Assembly (NCBI RefSeq): GCF_000196355.1
Contig: NC_007614.1
Coordinates: 2,190,001 to 2,222,000, forward strand
Length of the DNA: 32,000 nucleotides
Direction of reading: 5' to 3'
Source of the DNA: Nitrosospira multiformis ATCC 25196
GTDB taxonomy: Bacteria > Pseudomonadota > Gammaproteobacteria > Burkholderiales > Nitrosomonadaceae
Part shown: piece by piece, positions 1 to 9,173 of the stretch
How positions within the stretch are numbered: position 1 is the stretch's first letter
How the letters are laid out: every line of letters begins with the position of its first letter
Notes under the pieces: generated by a model
What the model saw: the letters and a program-made list of their open reading frames with translations, nothing else
Databases searched by the model: none
Told to the model about the DNA's origin: nothing
Translations under genes and position numbers: made by a program

Positions 1-2102
1 CCCGAAAAAATTTCATGCTCGACCCCCGCGTCAAGGGTACGATCAACATCGTTTCAGCCAAGCCAGTGCCGAGGTCGTCGGTCTACGAAGTATTCCTGTC
101 GGCACTGCGATTGCATGGATATGCAGTCGTTGAGGATTACGGCATCATCAGGATCGTTCCGGAAAGTGATGCCAAGCTATACCAGGGCCCGACACTTGGT
201 CCCACGAACAAGCGGCAGCTCGCGGGCGACCGTATCCAGACACAGGTATTCACGCTGCAGTACGAATCCGCGGTGCAGATGGTGCCGATCCTGCGTCCGC
301 TGATCGCTCCAAACAACAGTATCACTGCAAATCCCAACAGTAACACCCTGGTTATTACAGACTACGCGAGCAATCTCCAACGCCTGGCGAAAATAATTGA
401 TTCGGTGGATCAGCCAAGTGGAACCGAGCCTGTCTCGATACCCCTTCAGCACGCCTCGGCGATCGATGTCGCGCAAACCGTGAACCGGCTGTTTTCAGAA
501 TCGACGCAGTCCCAGGCCGAGGGCGCCGCGGACCCCACCCAGCAGCGTTTCACAGTCGTCGCCGACGCCCGCTCGAATACCCTCCTTGCACGCTCCGGAA
601 ACCGGGCAGCGCTTGCGCGTCTGCGCCAGCTGGTAACAGTGCTCGATTCTCCCACCAGCGCTGCCGGCAACATGCACGTCGTCTTTCTCAAGAATGCCGA
701 TGCAGTCAGGCTTGCCGAAACCCTCAGGGCGATCTATCACAACATGGCGTCCCCGGTTTCCTCATCTTCGGGACTGAGCCAGGGCACCGGCACAGCTTTT
801 GGAACATCTTCCCTGGGTACATCCACCGGCGGGGGGATGGGTGCCTCGTCAGGCACCTCAACAGGGGGGTCGATGGGCACTTCCATGCCCGGTTCCAGCC
901 TTGGTGCGGGGACTGTTCCCGCTGCTTCCACCGTCACCCCGGCTCCGATGCAAACTGGCGCAACTTCCGCCACCCCCGGCATCATTCAGGCGGATGCAGC
1001 CACCAACTCGATCATTATTACTGCCCCGGATGCTATTTATAATAATTTGCGCGCGGTGGTGGAGAAGCTCGACGTGCGCCGCGTGCAGGTTTATATTGAA
1101 GCGCTGATTGCCGAAATCACTGCCGACAGAGCCGCGGAATTCGGCATCCAGTGGCAGAATCTGAGCAATGCCGCGCAAGGTGGCACCCAGGTTTTCGGTG
1201 GCACCAACTTCAATGCCGGCACTGCCGGAGGCGGCAGTATCATCTCCACCGCCCAGAATCCGATAGCGAATGCAGCCTCCGGTCTGACTATCGGCATCAT
1301 GAATGGCCTTGTCACGGCTATTCCCGGCATCGGCCCTGTTCTCAACATTCATACGCTCATCCGCGCGCTGGAAACGGATGCCAATGCCAACATTCTTTCC
1401 ACCCCCACCCTGCTGACACTGAATAACGAAGAAGCCAGGATCATCATCGGGCAGAACGTTCCGATTCCCACCGGCCAATTCATTCCGCCAGTAGGAGGCG
1501 CCGTTACCTCCCCGTTTCAAACCGTTTCACGCCAGGACGTGGGACTATCATTGAAGATCAAGCCCCTTATCTCGGAAGGCAATACTGTCCGTGTGCAGAT
1601 TTTTCAGGAAGTCTCGAGCGTCGTTCCTGGCACGGTCAACGCCACCAACGGGTTGATTACCAACAAACGCTCGATAGAATCGACAGTGCTGGTTGACGAC
1701 GGGCAGATTCTCGTGCTCGGCGGTCTGATGCAGGATTCGGTAAATGACTCGGTTGAAAGAATTCCACTGGTCGGGGCGATTCCGCTGTTCGGACAATTGT
1801 TCAGTTACAACAAGCGCTCACGCAACAAAACCAATCTGATGGTATTCCTGCGGCCGACGCTGATGCGCGCGGGCGACGCCGCCGATCCGCTTTCTGACGC
1901 ACAGTACGATCGGGTGCTGGGCGAACAGAAAAAAGTGAGACCCAAGTTTAATCTTGTGCTTCCGGATATGGAATCGCCTACTTTGCCGCCGCGTCAACCA
2001 CCTCCTGTCATCCTTGATGACAGCATCACTCCCGATGATCCCGGAATTTCCAATGTTCAAGGCAACTGGGATACCGGGGGAGTGATGGATAATACACCCT
2101 GA
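1..2102 (+). CDS. gspD: Type II secretion system secretin GspD (5' end lies upstream of the window)
   Basis: The frame of ORF 15..2102 stays open back to base 3 (..RKKF-MLDPRVKG), so the listed Met is internal and the signal peptide/N0 start is missing. It has N-domain repeats and a C-terminal secretin core (ANILSTPTLLTLNNEEARIIIGQNVP ... ILVLGGL ... IPLVGAIPLFGQLF). gspE and gspF follow directly. Confidence 0.9.
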   Translation, partial: RKNFMLDPRVKGTINIVSAKPVPRSSVYEVFLSALRLHGYAVVEDYGIIRIVPESDAKLYQGPTLGPTNKRQLAGDRIQTQVFTLQYESAVQMVPILRPLIAPNNSITANPNSNTLVITDYASNLQRLAKIIDSVDQPSGTEPVSIPLQHASAIDVAQTVNRLFSESTQSQAEGAADPTQQRFTVVADARSNTLLARSGNRAALARLRQLVTVLDSPTSAAGNMHVVFLKNADAVRLAETLRAIYHNMASPVSSSSGLSQGTGTAFGTSSLGTSTGGGMGASSGTSTGGSMGTSMPGSSLGAGTVPAASTVTPAPMQTGATSATPGIIQADAATNSIIITAPDAIYNNLRAVVEKLDVRRVQVYIEALIAEITADRAAEFGIQWQNLSNAAQGGTQVFGGTNFNAGTAGGGSIISTAQNPIANAASGLTIGIMNGLVTAIPGIGPVLNIHTLIRALETDANANILSTPTLLTLNNEEARIIIGQNVPIPTGQFIPPVGGAVTSPFQTVSRQDVGLSLKIKPLISEGNTVRVQIFQEVSSVVPGTVNATNGLITNKRSIESTVLVDDGQILVLGGLMQDSVNDSVERIPLVGAIPLFGQLFSYNKRSRNKTNLMVFLRPTLMRAGDAADPLSDAQYDRVLGEQKKVRPKFNLVLPDMESPTLPPRQPPPVILDDSITPDDPGISNVQGNWDTGGVMDNTP

Positions 2103-2117
2103 AACCGGGCCGCAATC

Positions 2118-3581
2118 ATGGCGTCTGACAGGATTCCTTATGTCTTTGTCAAGACAAATGGAGTGGCCGTGACGAGCGTCACGAGCGATCACGCAGAGGT
2201 GGTGGTGCGCGGCGAAGTCCAGGCCGGGGCACTGGCGGAGTTGCGTCGCGTTCTGGGCGTGCCTCTGCGGGCGCGACGCCTCGCTACCGACGAGTTCAAC
2301 GAGATCGTTGCGGTGCTGTATAACGGCGCAAACGAAGGCGCCGCCGCACTCGCAGATGATCTCGCACAGGATATAGACCTCTCGAGATTACTGCAGGAAC
2401 TGCCGAAGGTCGAGGACCTGCTCGAAAGCCAGGATGATGCTCCTGTCATCCGGCTGATCAACGCGCTCTTTACACAGGCGTTACGCACCGCGGCTTCCGA
2501 TATCCACATTGAGCCATATGAAACACGCTCGGTTGTACGGTTGCGAGTGGACGGCACATTGCGCGACCTGATCGAACCGGCGCGCGCATTACATGCCGCC
2601 CTCATCTCACGCATCAAGATCATGGCGCAGCTCGACATTGCGGAAAAACGCCTTCCGCAGGACGGCCGGATTACATTGAGGATGGCAGGCAGGCCAGTCG
2701 ACGTGCGCGTATCCACCATCCCCACCGCACACGGCGAACGCGCCGTATTGCGTTTGCTGGACAAGCAGGCTGGCCGCCTGGACCTCCCTCGGCTTGGCAT
2801 GGATGAAATCACCTTGACTCGCATGGACAGGCTTATTCGCGAGCCCCATGGCATTATTCTCGTAACCGGCCCCACCGGATCGGGTAAAACAACCACGCTT
2901 TACGCCGCCCTGTCGAGGCTGGATTCCGCGTCGCTCAACATCATGACGGTTGAGGACCCCATCGAGTACGATCTTGACGGCATCAGTCAGACTCAGGTCA
3001 ATCCGCGAATCGAAATGACGTTTGCGCGCGCCTTGCGGACAATCCTGCGGCAAGACCCGGATGTCATCATGATTGGAGAGATTCGCGACCTCGAAACCGC
3101 ACAGATCGCGGTGCAGGCCAGCCTTACGGGCCATCTGGTATTTGCGACTCTGCATACCAATGATGCGATAAGCGCCGTGACCCGGCTTGTCGACATGGGA
3201 GTCGAGCCGTTTCTGCTGGCATCGAGTCTCATCGGCGTAGGTGCGCAGCGTCTGGTGCGGCGGCTCTGTCTGGAATGCCGCCAGCCCTGGGACGAGGCCA
3301 TGGGAAAATCCCCGAGCTCTTTTTCGGCTTCCGGAATTTTATACAAGGCGCAGGGCTGTGCGGCATGCAATCACTCCGGCTATCAGGGACGCACCGGGAT
3401 TTATGAGTTGCTCGCGGTTGACAACGACCTGCGCCGGAGAGTTCATGATCGCGCTTCCGAACAAGACCTGCGAGAATATGTGATTTCCGCCGGAATGCGC
3501 TCGTTACGTGACGACGGCATGCGCCTCGCTACCCAGGGCATCACCAGCCTGGAGGAAGTCGTGCGTGTAACACGCGAATAG
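2118..3581 (+). CDS. gspE: Type II secretion ATPase GspE
   Basis: 487 aa. N-terminal GspE-type motif IPYVFVKTNGV, Walker A GPTGSGKTT, and a tetracysteine motif CLEC...CAAC. Starts 15 nt after the gspD stop. Confidence 0.93.
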   Translation: MASDRIPYVFVKTNGVAVTSVTSDHAEVVVRGEVQAGALAELRRVLGVPLRARRLATDEFNEIVAVLYNGANEGAAALADDLAQDIDLSRLLQELPKVEDLLESQDDAPVIRLINALFTQALRTAASDIHIEPYETRSVVRLRVDGTLRDLIEPARALHAALISRIKIMAQLDIAEKRLPQDGRITLRMAGRPVDVRVSTIPTAHGERAVLRLLDKQAGRLDLPRLGMDEITLTRMDRLIREPHGIILVTGPTGSGKTTTLYAALSRLDSASLNIMTVEDPIEYDLDGISQTQVNPRIEMTFARALRTILRQDPDVIMIGEIRDLETAQIAVQASLTGHLVFATLHTNDAISAVTRLVDMGVEPFLLASSLIGVGAQRLVRRLCLECRQPWDEAMGKSPSSFSASGILYKAQGCAACNHSGYQGRTGIYELLAVDNDLRRRVHDRASEQDLREYVISAGMRSLRDDGMRLATQGITSLEEVVRVTRE

Positions 3582-3590
3582 CAGTTCCAT

Positions 3591-4796
3591 ATGGAAGCGT
3601 ACCGCTACGAAGCGCTTGATCCCGAAGGCCGCAAGGTAACGGGTGTGCTGCAGGCTGATACCGCGCGCCAGGCGCGGGCACAGTTGCGCGCGCAAGGCTT
3701 GCTGCCTTCGACCGTCGATCAGGTCCGCGCTCGCGAGGGCGGTCAGGCACCCTGGGTCCGAGGCCTGCGTCCGGAGGAGCTGAATTTGCTGACACGGCAG
3801 ATGGCTACTTTGCTGACCGCCGGTCTGACAGTCGAGCAGTCGCTTGCTGCACTGATCGAATCCGCCGAGGAGCCGATGACACGCGAAGTGCTCGGCGGTG
3901 TCAAAACAGAGGTGATCGCGGGGCTTTCCCTCTCCGCCGCGCTGGGCAGCTACAGCAGGAGTTTTCCCGATTTCTATCGGGCGCTGGTGCATGGTGGGGA
4001 AGAATCGGGCACATTGCCGCTGGTACTGCGTCATCTTGCCGAGTATCTCGATGCACGTCAGACACTAAAACAGAAAACCAGTCTTGCGCTCCTTTACCCG
4101 GCACTGGTGACCATCATTGCCATTATCATTGTTGCCGGCCTGCTCATGTATGTGGTTCCCCAGGTAGTGCAGGTATTCCAGCATTCTCGCCAGAGCCTGC
4201 CCCTCCTGACTCGCGCACTGATCGGGTTGAGTGATTTCCTTCTCATGTCATGGCCTTATCTGATTATTGCCATTGTCGGCGGGGCACTTTCCGCACGCGT
4301 CGCGCTACGGCATGAGAACATCAGATACCGATGGCACGCTCTGCTGCTGCGCACCGCATGGCTGGGATCGTTGATTCGCAGCAGCAACACATCCCGTTTC
4401 GCCAGCACGCTTTCCATTCTGGTCGGAGGAGGTGTGCCGCTTCTTAAAGCTCTCAGCTCCGGTGCCCGCGTGATGAGCAGCATGGTCATGCGTAAAGCGA
4501 TCGAAAATACCATCGAACAGGTCCGCGAAGGCGCGAGCCTCTCCAGAGCGCTGCGGGAAACCCGCGTGTTTCCGCCCCTGCTTGTGCATCTGGTGGCAAG
4601 CGGGGAAATGAGCGGCAAGCTGAAAGAAATGCTCGAACGCGCCGCCCAGCTCGAAGCCCAGGCGCTGGAACGGCGACTGGGCGTCTTTTTAACGCTGCTG
4701 GAACCAGTAATGATCCTGGTAATGGGGGGCGTGGTGCTGATGATCGTGCTTGCCATACTGCTCCCCATCATGGAAATCAACCAGCTGGTGCATTAG
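3591..4796 (+). CDS. gspF: Type II secretion inner-membrane platform protein GspF
   Basis: 401 aa. N-terminus YRYEALDPEGRKVTGVLQADTARQARAQLRAQGLLP is typical of GspF/PilC. The GspF domain is duplicated and carries hydrophobic TM segments. Starts 9 nt after the gspE stop. Confidence 0.92.
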   Translation: MEAYRYEALDPEGRKVTGVLQADTARQARAQLRAQGLLPSTVDQVRAREGGQAPWVRGLRPEELNLLTRQMATLLTAGLTVEQSLAALIESAEEPMTREVLGGVKTEVIAGLSLSAALGSYSRSFPDFYRALVHGGEESGTLPLVLRHLAEYLDARQTLKQKTSLALLYPALVTIIAIIIVAGLLMYVVPQVVQVFQHSRQSLPLLTRALIGLSDFLLMSWPYLIIAIVGGALSARVALRHENIRYRWHALLLRTAWLGSLIRSSNTSRFASTLSILVGGGVPLLKALSSGARVMSSMVMRKAIENTIEQVREGASLSRALRETRVFPPLLVHLVASGEMSGKLKEMLERAAQLEAQALERRLGVFLTLLEPVMILVMGGVVLMIVLAILLPIMEINQLVH

Positions 4797-4950
4797 CAAT
4801 GAGACGGCGTGAAAAACAGCACCTTTATTCGGCAGGAGGTGTAGAAAAGAGGCCGATAATGCGGAACTGAAAGGAAACCCCTCCGGCTAACCTAATCCAG
4901 GGCGTCCAGGGCGATAGCGCCCTTGAAGGCACGTATTCCCTTACTCCCCT

Positions 4951-6129
4951 CTACCGGGTCAAGCCCCTTGCGAGATCGGCCTTTATGTCTTTTACCGCTT
5001 CAAGTCCCACTGCAATGCGCAGCAAGCCCTCGGTAATGCCAGCCGCATCCCGGTTTTCCTGGCTGATCCGCCCATGCGTGGTGGTGGCAGGATGGGTAAG
5101 GGTGCTCTTGGCATCTCCCAGGTTGGCGGTGATGGAAATCATGCGAACAGAATCCACCACCCTCCATGCCGCTTCTCTTCCATTCTTCAATTCGAATGAA
5201 ACGATTCCCCCCCCGGTTTTCTGCTGGCGGCTGGCAAGCTCGTACTGCGGATGCGATGGCAAGCCGGGATAGTGGACTTTGGCTACGCCGGGCTGGGCTT
5301 CCAGCCAGCGCGCAATTTCCAGCGCATTTTCGGAATGCCTTTCCATCCGAAGGTTCAGGGTTTCCATGCCCTTCAGGATCACCCAGGCATTGAACGGGCT
5401 CAGGGTCGGTCCGGCAGTGCGCAGAAAACCGAATATTCCCCCGTCCATCACCAGATCGCGCTTGCCCAGCACCGCCCCACCCAATACCCGGCCCTGGCCC
5501 TCAAGATATTTGGTTGCAGAGTGAATCACGAGGTCTGCGCCCCATTCCAATGGACGTTGCAGCGCGGGAGAGCAGAAACAATTGTCCACGGCGAGCCACG
5601 CGCCCGCCTTCCTGGCTACGGCTGCAAGCGCGGCAATGTCGGAAATCTCTGTCAGCGGATTGGAGGGCGTTTCCATGAACAGCAACCGGGTGGCTGGTCT
5701 CACCGCTGCTTCCCAGGCGGAAACATCCGTAGCGGAAACAAACGTCGTTTCGATGTTGAAGCGCTTGAGGATATTGTTGAACAGGCTGACGGTCGCACCG
5801 AACAGGCTGCGCGAAGCCACGATATGGTCTCCAGCACGGAGGAGACCCATCGTGCAGGCAAGAATGGCCGACATGCCTGAGGAGGTGGCGACACAGGCTT
5901 CCGCCCCCTCCAGGGCGGCCAGTCTTTCCTGAAAAGCGGTAACCGTGGGGTTGGTAAAACGCGAATAGATGTTACCCGGTTCCGCATCGGAAAAACGTGC
6001 TGCCGCCTGAGCGGCACTGTCGAAGACGAAACTCGAAGTCAGGAATAAGGCCTCCGAGTGTTCATTGAATTGGCTGCGATGTATGCCCGTATGCAGCGCC
6101 AGTGTTTCCAGCTCAAAATCGTCAGACAT
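4951..6129 (-). CDS. metZ: O-succinylhomoserine sulfhydrylase (Cys/Met-metabolism PLP enzyme)
   Basis: PLP-lysine motif SATKYLEGQG. LFLTSSFVF...PGNIYSRFTNPTV...ALEGAEACVATSSGMSAI matches the MetZ family. purF-metZ adjacency is as in Pseudomonas. The ORF-track start at 6147 is TTG. The ATG at 6129 (MSDDFELETL) has GAGGGAG 9 nt upstream; the ATG at 6138 is an alternative. Confidence 0.85.
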   Translation of the reverse strand: MSDDFELETLALHTGIHRSQFNEHSEALFLTSSFVFDSAAQAAARFSDAEPGNIYSRFTNPTVTAFQERLAALEGAEACVATSSGMSAILACTMGLLRAGDHIVASRSLFGATVSLFNNILKRFNIETTFVSATDVSAWEAAVRPATRLLFMETPSNPLTEISDIAALAAVARKAGAWLAVDNCFCSPALQRPLEWGADLVIHSATKYLEGQGRVLGGAVLGKRDLVMDGGIFGFLRTAGPTLSPFNAWVILKGMETLNLRMERHSENALEIARWLEAQPGVAKVHYPGLPSHPQYELASRQQKTGGGIVSFELKNGREAAWRVVDSVRMISITANLGDAKSTLTHPATTTHGRISQENRDAAGITEGLLRIAVGLEAVKDIKADLARGLTR

Positions 6130-6153
6130 GCCCGACATCTCCCTCAAATTCCC

Positions 6154-6191
6154 AATAAAAAACCCGTTCAGCTTTCGCTAAAAAACGGGTT
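6154..6191 (-). terminator. Intrinsic terminator-like hairpin between purF and metZ (possible attenuator)
   Basis: The minus strand reads AACCCGTT-TTTTAGCGAAAGCTG-AACGGGTT followed by TTTTATT. It lies about 100 nt after the purF stop and less than 30 nt before the metZ start. Confidence 0.6.
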
Positions 6192-6290
6192 TTCCCGCTT
6201 TAGCTGAATTTATACTGCGCCCGCAAGCTGAAGATCAAATCGGCGCCTGCCCTGAAGGTACGCTCGGTACCTGCTTTTGTCAAATCTTCA

Positions 6291-7811
6291 TTAATTCGCT
6301 GTCACGAGATTCAGGTCGAGTTGCGTGCTGGAACGTCTCTCGGTAAGAGGAGCGCCGCCACTGCGTTGCGCCTCCAGGACGGCCAGGTATTCCGGCGTTA
6401 CATCCCCGGTAATGTAGCGTCCGTCGAAACATGAGGTCTCATACTGCGAGATCGACGGATTGACACGGCCCACATCTTTAATGAGAGAATCGAGTTCCTG
6501 ATACACCAGATAATCGGCGCCAATTTCCCGGCATATTTCCTCGTCGTCCCGCCCCGTGGCAATGAGTTCGTGGCGCGTAGGCATATCGATGCCATAAACG
6601 TTGGGAAACCGCACGGGGGGGGCAGCAGAAGCAAAGAATACCTTGTTCGCACCGGCTTCCTTCGCCATCTGGACGATTTCGCGGCTGGTAGTGCCGCGTA
6701 CGATCGAATCATCCACCAGCAACACATTTTTTCCGCGAAACTCCACCCCCATGGCATTGAGCTTCTGGCGGACCGATTTACGGCGCAACTGCTGGCCCGG
6801 CATGATAAAGGTTCGCCCGATGTAGCGGTTTTTTACGAAACCTTCACGAAAACTTATGCCCAGGCGGTTGGCAAGCTGCAAGGCGCTGGGACGGCTGGAA
6901 TCGGGAATCGGAATGACTACATCGATATCGAGATGACCCATCGTGGCTTTGACTTTATCGGCCAGACTCTCTCCCATGTTGAGCCGCGTTTCATAGACTG
7001 AAATTCCGTCTATGACTGAATCCGGGCGTGCGAGATAGACATACTCGAAGATGCAGGGATTGTGCGAGGGGTTGGACGCGCACTGCTTACTGTAAAAATT
7101 GCCGGTGTCATCAATAAAAATTGCCTCGCCCGGCGCAACATCCCTCACCAGCTTGAATCCCAGAGTATCGAGCGCCACACTCTCGGACGCTACCAGATAT
7201 TCCGTCCCATGCTCCGTTTCCGCGCACCCGAACACAAGGGGGCGAATACCATAAGGGTCGCGGAACGCGAGCAATCCGTAACCCGCAATCATTGCTATGA
7301 CGGCGTAGGCGCCTTTGCAACGCTCGTGCACGCCGGATACGGCGGCAAAAATAGCGGCGGGATCAAGCTGGTGGTTTTTCGTGCTCCTCTGCAACTCGTG
7401 GGCCAGCACATTAAGGAGCACTTCCGAATCCGAATTGGTGTTGACGTGCCGTAAATCCTCGCGGAACAACTCGTCGTTGAGCTGTGCGGAATTGGTCAGA
7501 TTGCCGTTATGCCCGAGTACGATTCCGAAGGGTGAGTTGACATAAAACGGCTGCGCTTCTGCAGGGGACTCGGCGGAACCTGCGGTAGGATAGCGCACTT
7601 GGCCGATCCCCATATTCCCCAGCAAGGCGCGCATATTCCGCGTGCGGAACACGTCGCGCACGAGGCCGCTGTTCTTGTGCATGTGGAAAGTATTCCCCTG
7701 GGCGGTAACAATCCCGGCCGCATCCTGACCACGATGCTGCAGCACCAGCAACCCATCGTAGAGTAACTGGTTGACGGGAGCATGCGAAACTAAACCCAGA
7801 ATTCCACACAT
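6291..7811 (-). CDS. purF: Amidophosphoribosyltransferase
   Basis: The true start is the Met before the catalytic N-terminal Cys ([10 protein letters not shown]), with GGAG 9 nt upstream. The ORF-track start at 7826 adds 5 spurious residues. Gn-AT type II and PRTase domains are present ([13 protein letters not shown]). Confidence 0.95.
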   Translation of the reverse strand: MCGILGLVSHAPVNQLLYDGLLVLQHRGQDAAGIVTAQGNTFHMHKNSGLVRDVFRTRNMRALLGNMGIGQVRYPTAGSAESPAEAQPFYVNSPFGIVLGHNGNLTNSAQLNDELFREDLRHVNTNSDSEVLLNVLAHELQRSTKNHQLDPAAIFAAVSGVHERCKGAYAVIAMIAGYGLLAFRDPYGIRPLVFGCAETEHGTEYLVASESVALDTLGFKLVRDVAPGEAIFIDDTGNFYSKQCASNPSHNPCIFEYVYLARPDSVIDGISVYETRLNMGESLADKVKATMGHLDIDVVIPIPDSSRPSALQLANRLGISFREGFVKNRYIGRTFIMPGQQLRRKSVRQKLNAMGVEFRGKNVLLVDDSIVRGTTSREIVQMAKEAGANKVFFASAAPPVRFPNVYGIDMPTRHELIATGRDDEEICREIGADYLVYQELDSLIKDVGRVNPSISQYETSCFDGRYITGDVTPEYLAVLEAQRSGGAPLTERRSSTQLDLNLVTAN

Positions 7812-7902
7812 GAATGCACTCCGCAAAAATGACTTAGATCGACGCTATACGAAAAGTTGCACGAGTTCAGTGAGTGGAATCCTGCGCATTCGGTTTACTG
7901 CC

Positions 7903-8427
7903 CTATTGCTTGCGCTTCAGTTCCGCATAGTGGATGCGCCTGGACAAATCCTGCGGCAACCAGGGCAGCACGACCATTGCTACAGCCTCCAGGTGCTTGC
8001 TCAGTACTGCTTTTCGCCAGAAGGGCTCCTGCGGCACTGCGGTAAGACCTGCTGCCAGCACGATCACCAGCACCACTACCAACCCGCGGATAAAACCGAA
8101 CAGGGAGCCGAAAAACCTATCGGTGAAACCCAATCCTACCGTCTGGACCAAGGCTGAAGTCAGCATGGTCACGAGACCCATCGCCACCAGGGTTATCAGG
8201 AATAATGCAATGAAAGCCAGCAGGATGCGCAGCGATTCTCCGCCGATGGATGAAGGCACCATGGGCGCGAATCCTGCGGCAAAGGAATTCGCCACCATGA
8301 ATGCGACTATCCAGCTGACCAGGGACAATATTTCGCGCACGACCCCTCGCGATACGCTGAGCAGGATTGACACAACCAGTATCGCCAGTACAGCGTAATC
8401 GAAGCCGGTCAGATCACCGGTAAACAT
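7903..8427 (-). CDS. cvpA: CvpA-family (colicin V production) membrane protein
   Basis: 174 aa with about 4 TM segments. The N-terminus FDYAVLAILVVSILLSVSRGVVREILSL is typical of CvpA. It sits in the conserved position upstream of purF. Confidence 0.85.
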   Translation of the reverse strand: MFTGDLTGFDYAVLAILVVSILLSVSRGVVREILSLVSWIVAFMVANSFAAGFAPMVPSSIGGESLRILLAFIALFLITLVAMGLVTMLTSALVQTVGLGFTDRFFGSLFGFIRGLVVVLVIVLAAGLTAVPQEPFWRKAVLSKHLEAVAMVVLPWLPQDLSRRIHYAELKRKQ

Positions 8428-8471
8428 GGCAGAAACACGATGTCGTATGTAAAGGGTCTCATGATCCTCAC

Positions 8472-9158
8472 CTACTTTTCTGTAACCACACCTTCGAATC
8501 CCAGGTTCTTCAGTTTTTCCCGTGTTTTCTCAGCCTCCTCGCGCGTCGCGAAAGGACCGACGCGCACGCGGGTTACTTCCTCCTTGCCGGCCTTCACGAT
8601 TTCAGTATAGGCGGAGAAATTCTGTGAAGCGATCCTTTCCGATTGTCGGGCCGCTTTTGCCGGCGTAGAAAAAGCCCCTAACTGCACCACAAATGATGTT
8701 TCCCGCGAAGCAGGCGGGGTGGCGTTTTTACTGGCCGTTTCCACTCGGGAAACGGCGGGAGCCGTGTTTGTAGCCGCCGCTACGCTACGCGGAGCAGCAG
8801 GCGCAGGGTTTGCACGGGCCTTTTCGTTAATGGAGGCAGGCGTTTCACTGGGAGGTACAGCGGTTATATTCTTGCCGGATATCCCGCCTGCCTGCTCCGG
8901 CCCACCCTCAGGCTGAGATATGGATGGAGCGGCTGTGGGAGGTGTATTTACGGGGGAAGCAGATTCGGCGGCAAGCTCTTCCACTGAATCCTCAGACGGA
9001 ATGTGTATGTCGATTTCATGACCGCGCCGGTCGGGCTTGCTGTCAAGGATCATCGGCAATACCACCACTGCCGCGGTTGCCAGGACGATTGCCCCCACCA
9101 GGCGTCGTCTGGCGCGCTTTCTTAGCTGAATCTCTTCTTCTGTGATGGTTTTTGCCAT
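8472..9158 (-). CDS. SPOR-domain septal peptidoglycan-binding protein (DedD-like)
   Basis: N-terminal basic stretch plus one TM (RRRLVGAIVLATAAVVVLPMIL), a Pro/Ala-rich linker, and a C-terminal SPOR domain (FVVQLGAFSTPAKAARQ...RVRVGPFATREEAEKTREKLKNLGFEG). It occupies the conserved folC-dedD-cvpA position. Confidence 0.8.
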   Translation of the reverse strand: MAKTITEEEIQLRKRARRRLVGAIVLATAAVVVLPMILDSKPDRRGHEIDIHIPSEDSVEELAAESASPVNTPPTAAPSISQPEGGPEQAGGISGKNITAVPPSETPASINEKARANPAPAAPRSVAAATNTAPAVSRVETASKNATPPASRETSFVVQLGAFSTPAKAARQSERIASQNFSAYTEIVKAGKEEVTRVRVGPFATREEAEKTREKLKNLGFEGVVTEK

Positions 9159-9173
9159 TAGATATCAGGAAAT

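Noticed and set aside
4898-4923. CCAGGGCG direct repeat plus a 6-bp hairpin AGGGCG-ATAG-CGCCCT between convergent gspF and metZ, considered as a terminator.
   Set aside because: The stem is short and there is no U-tract on either strand. The evidence is too weak to call.
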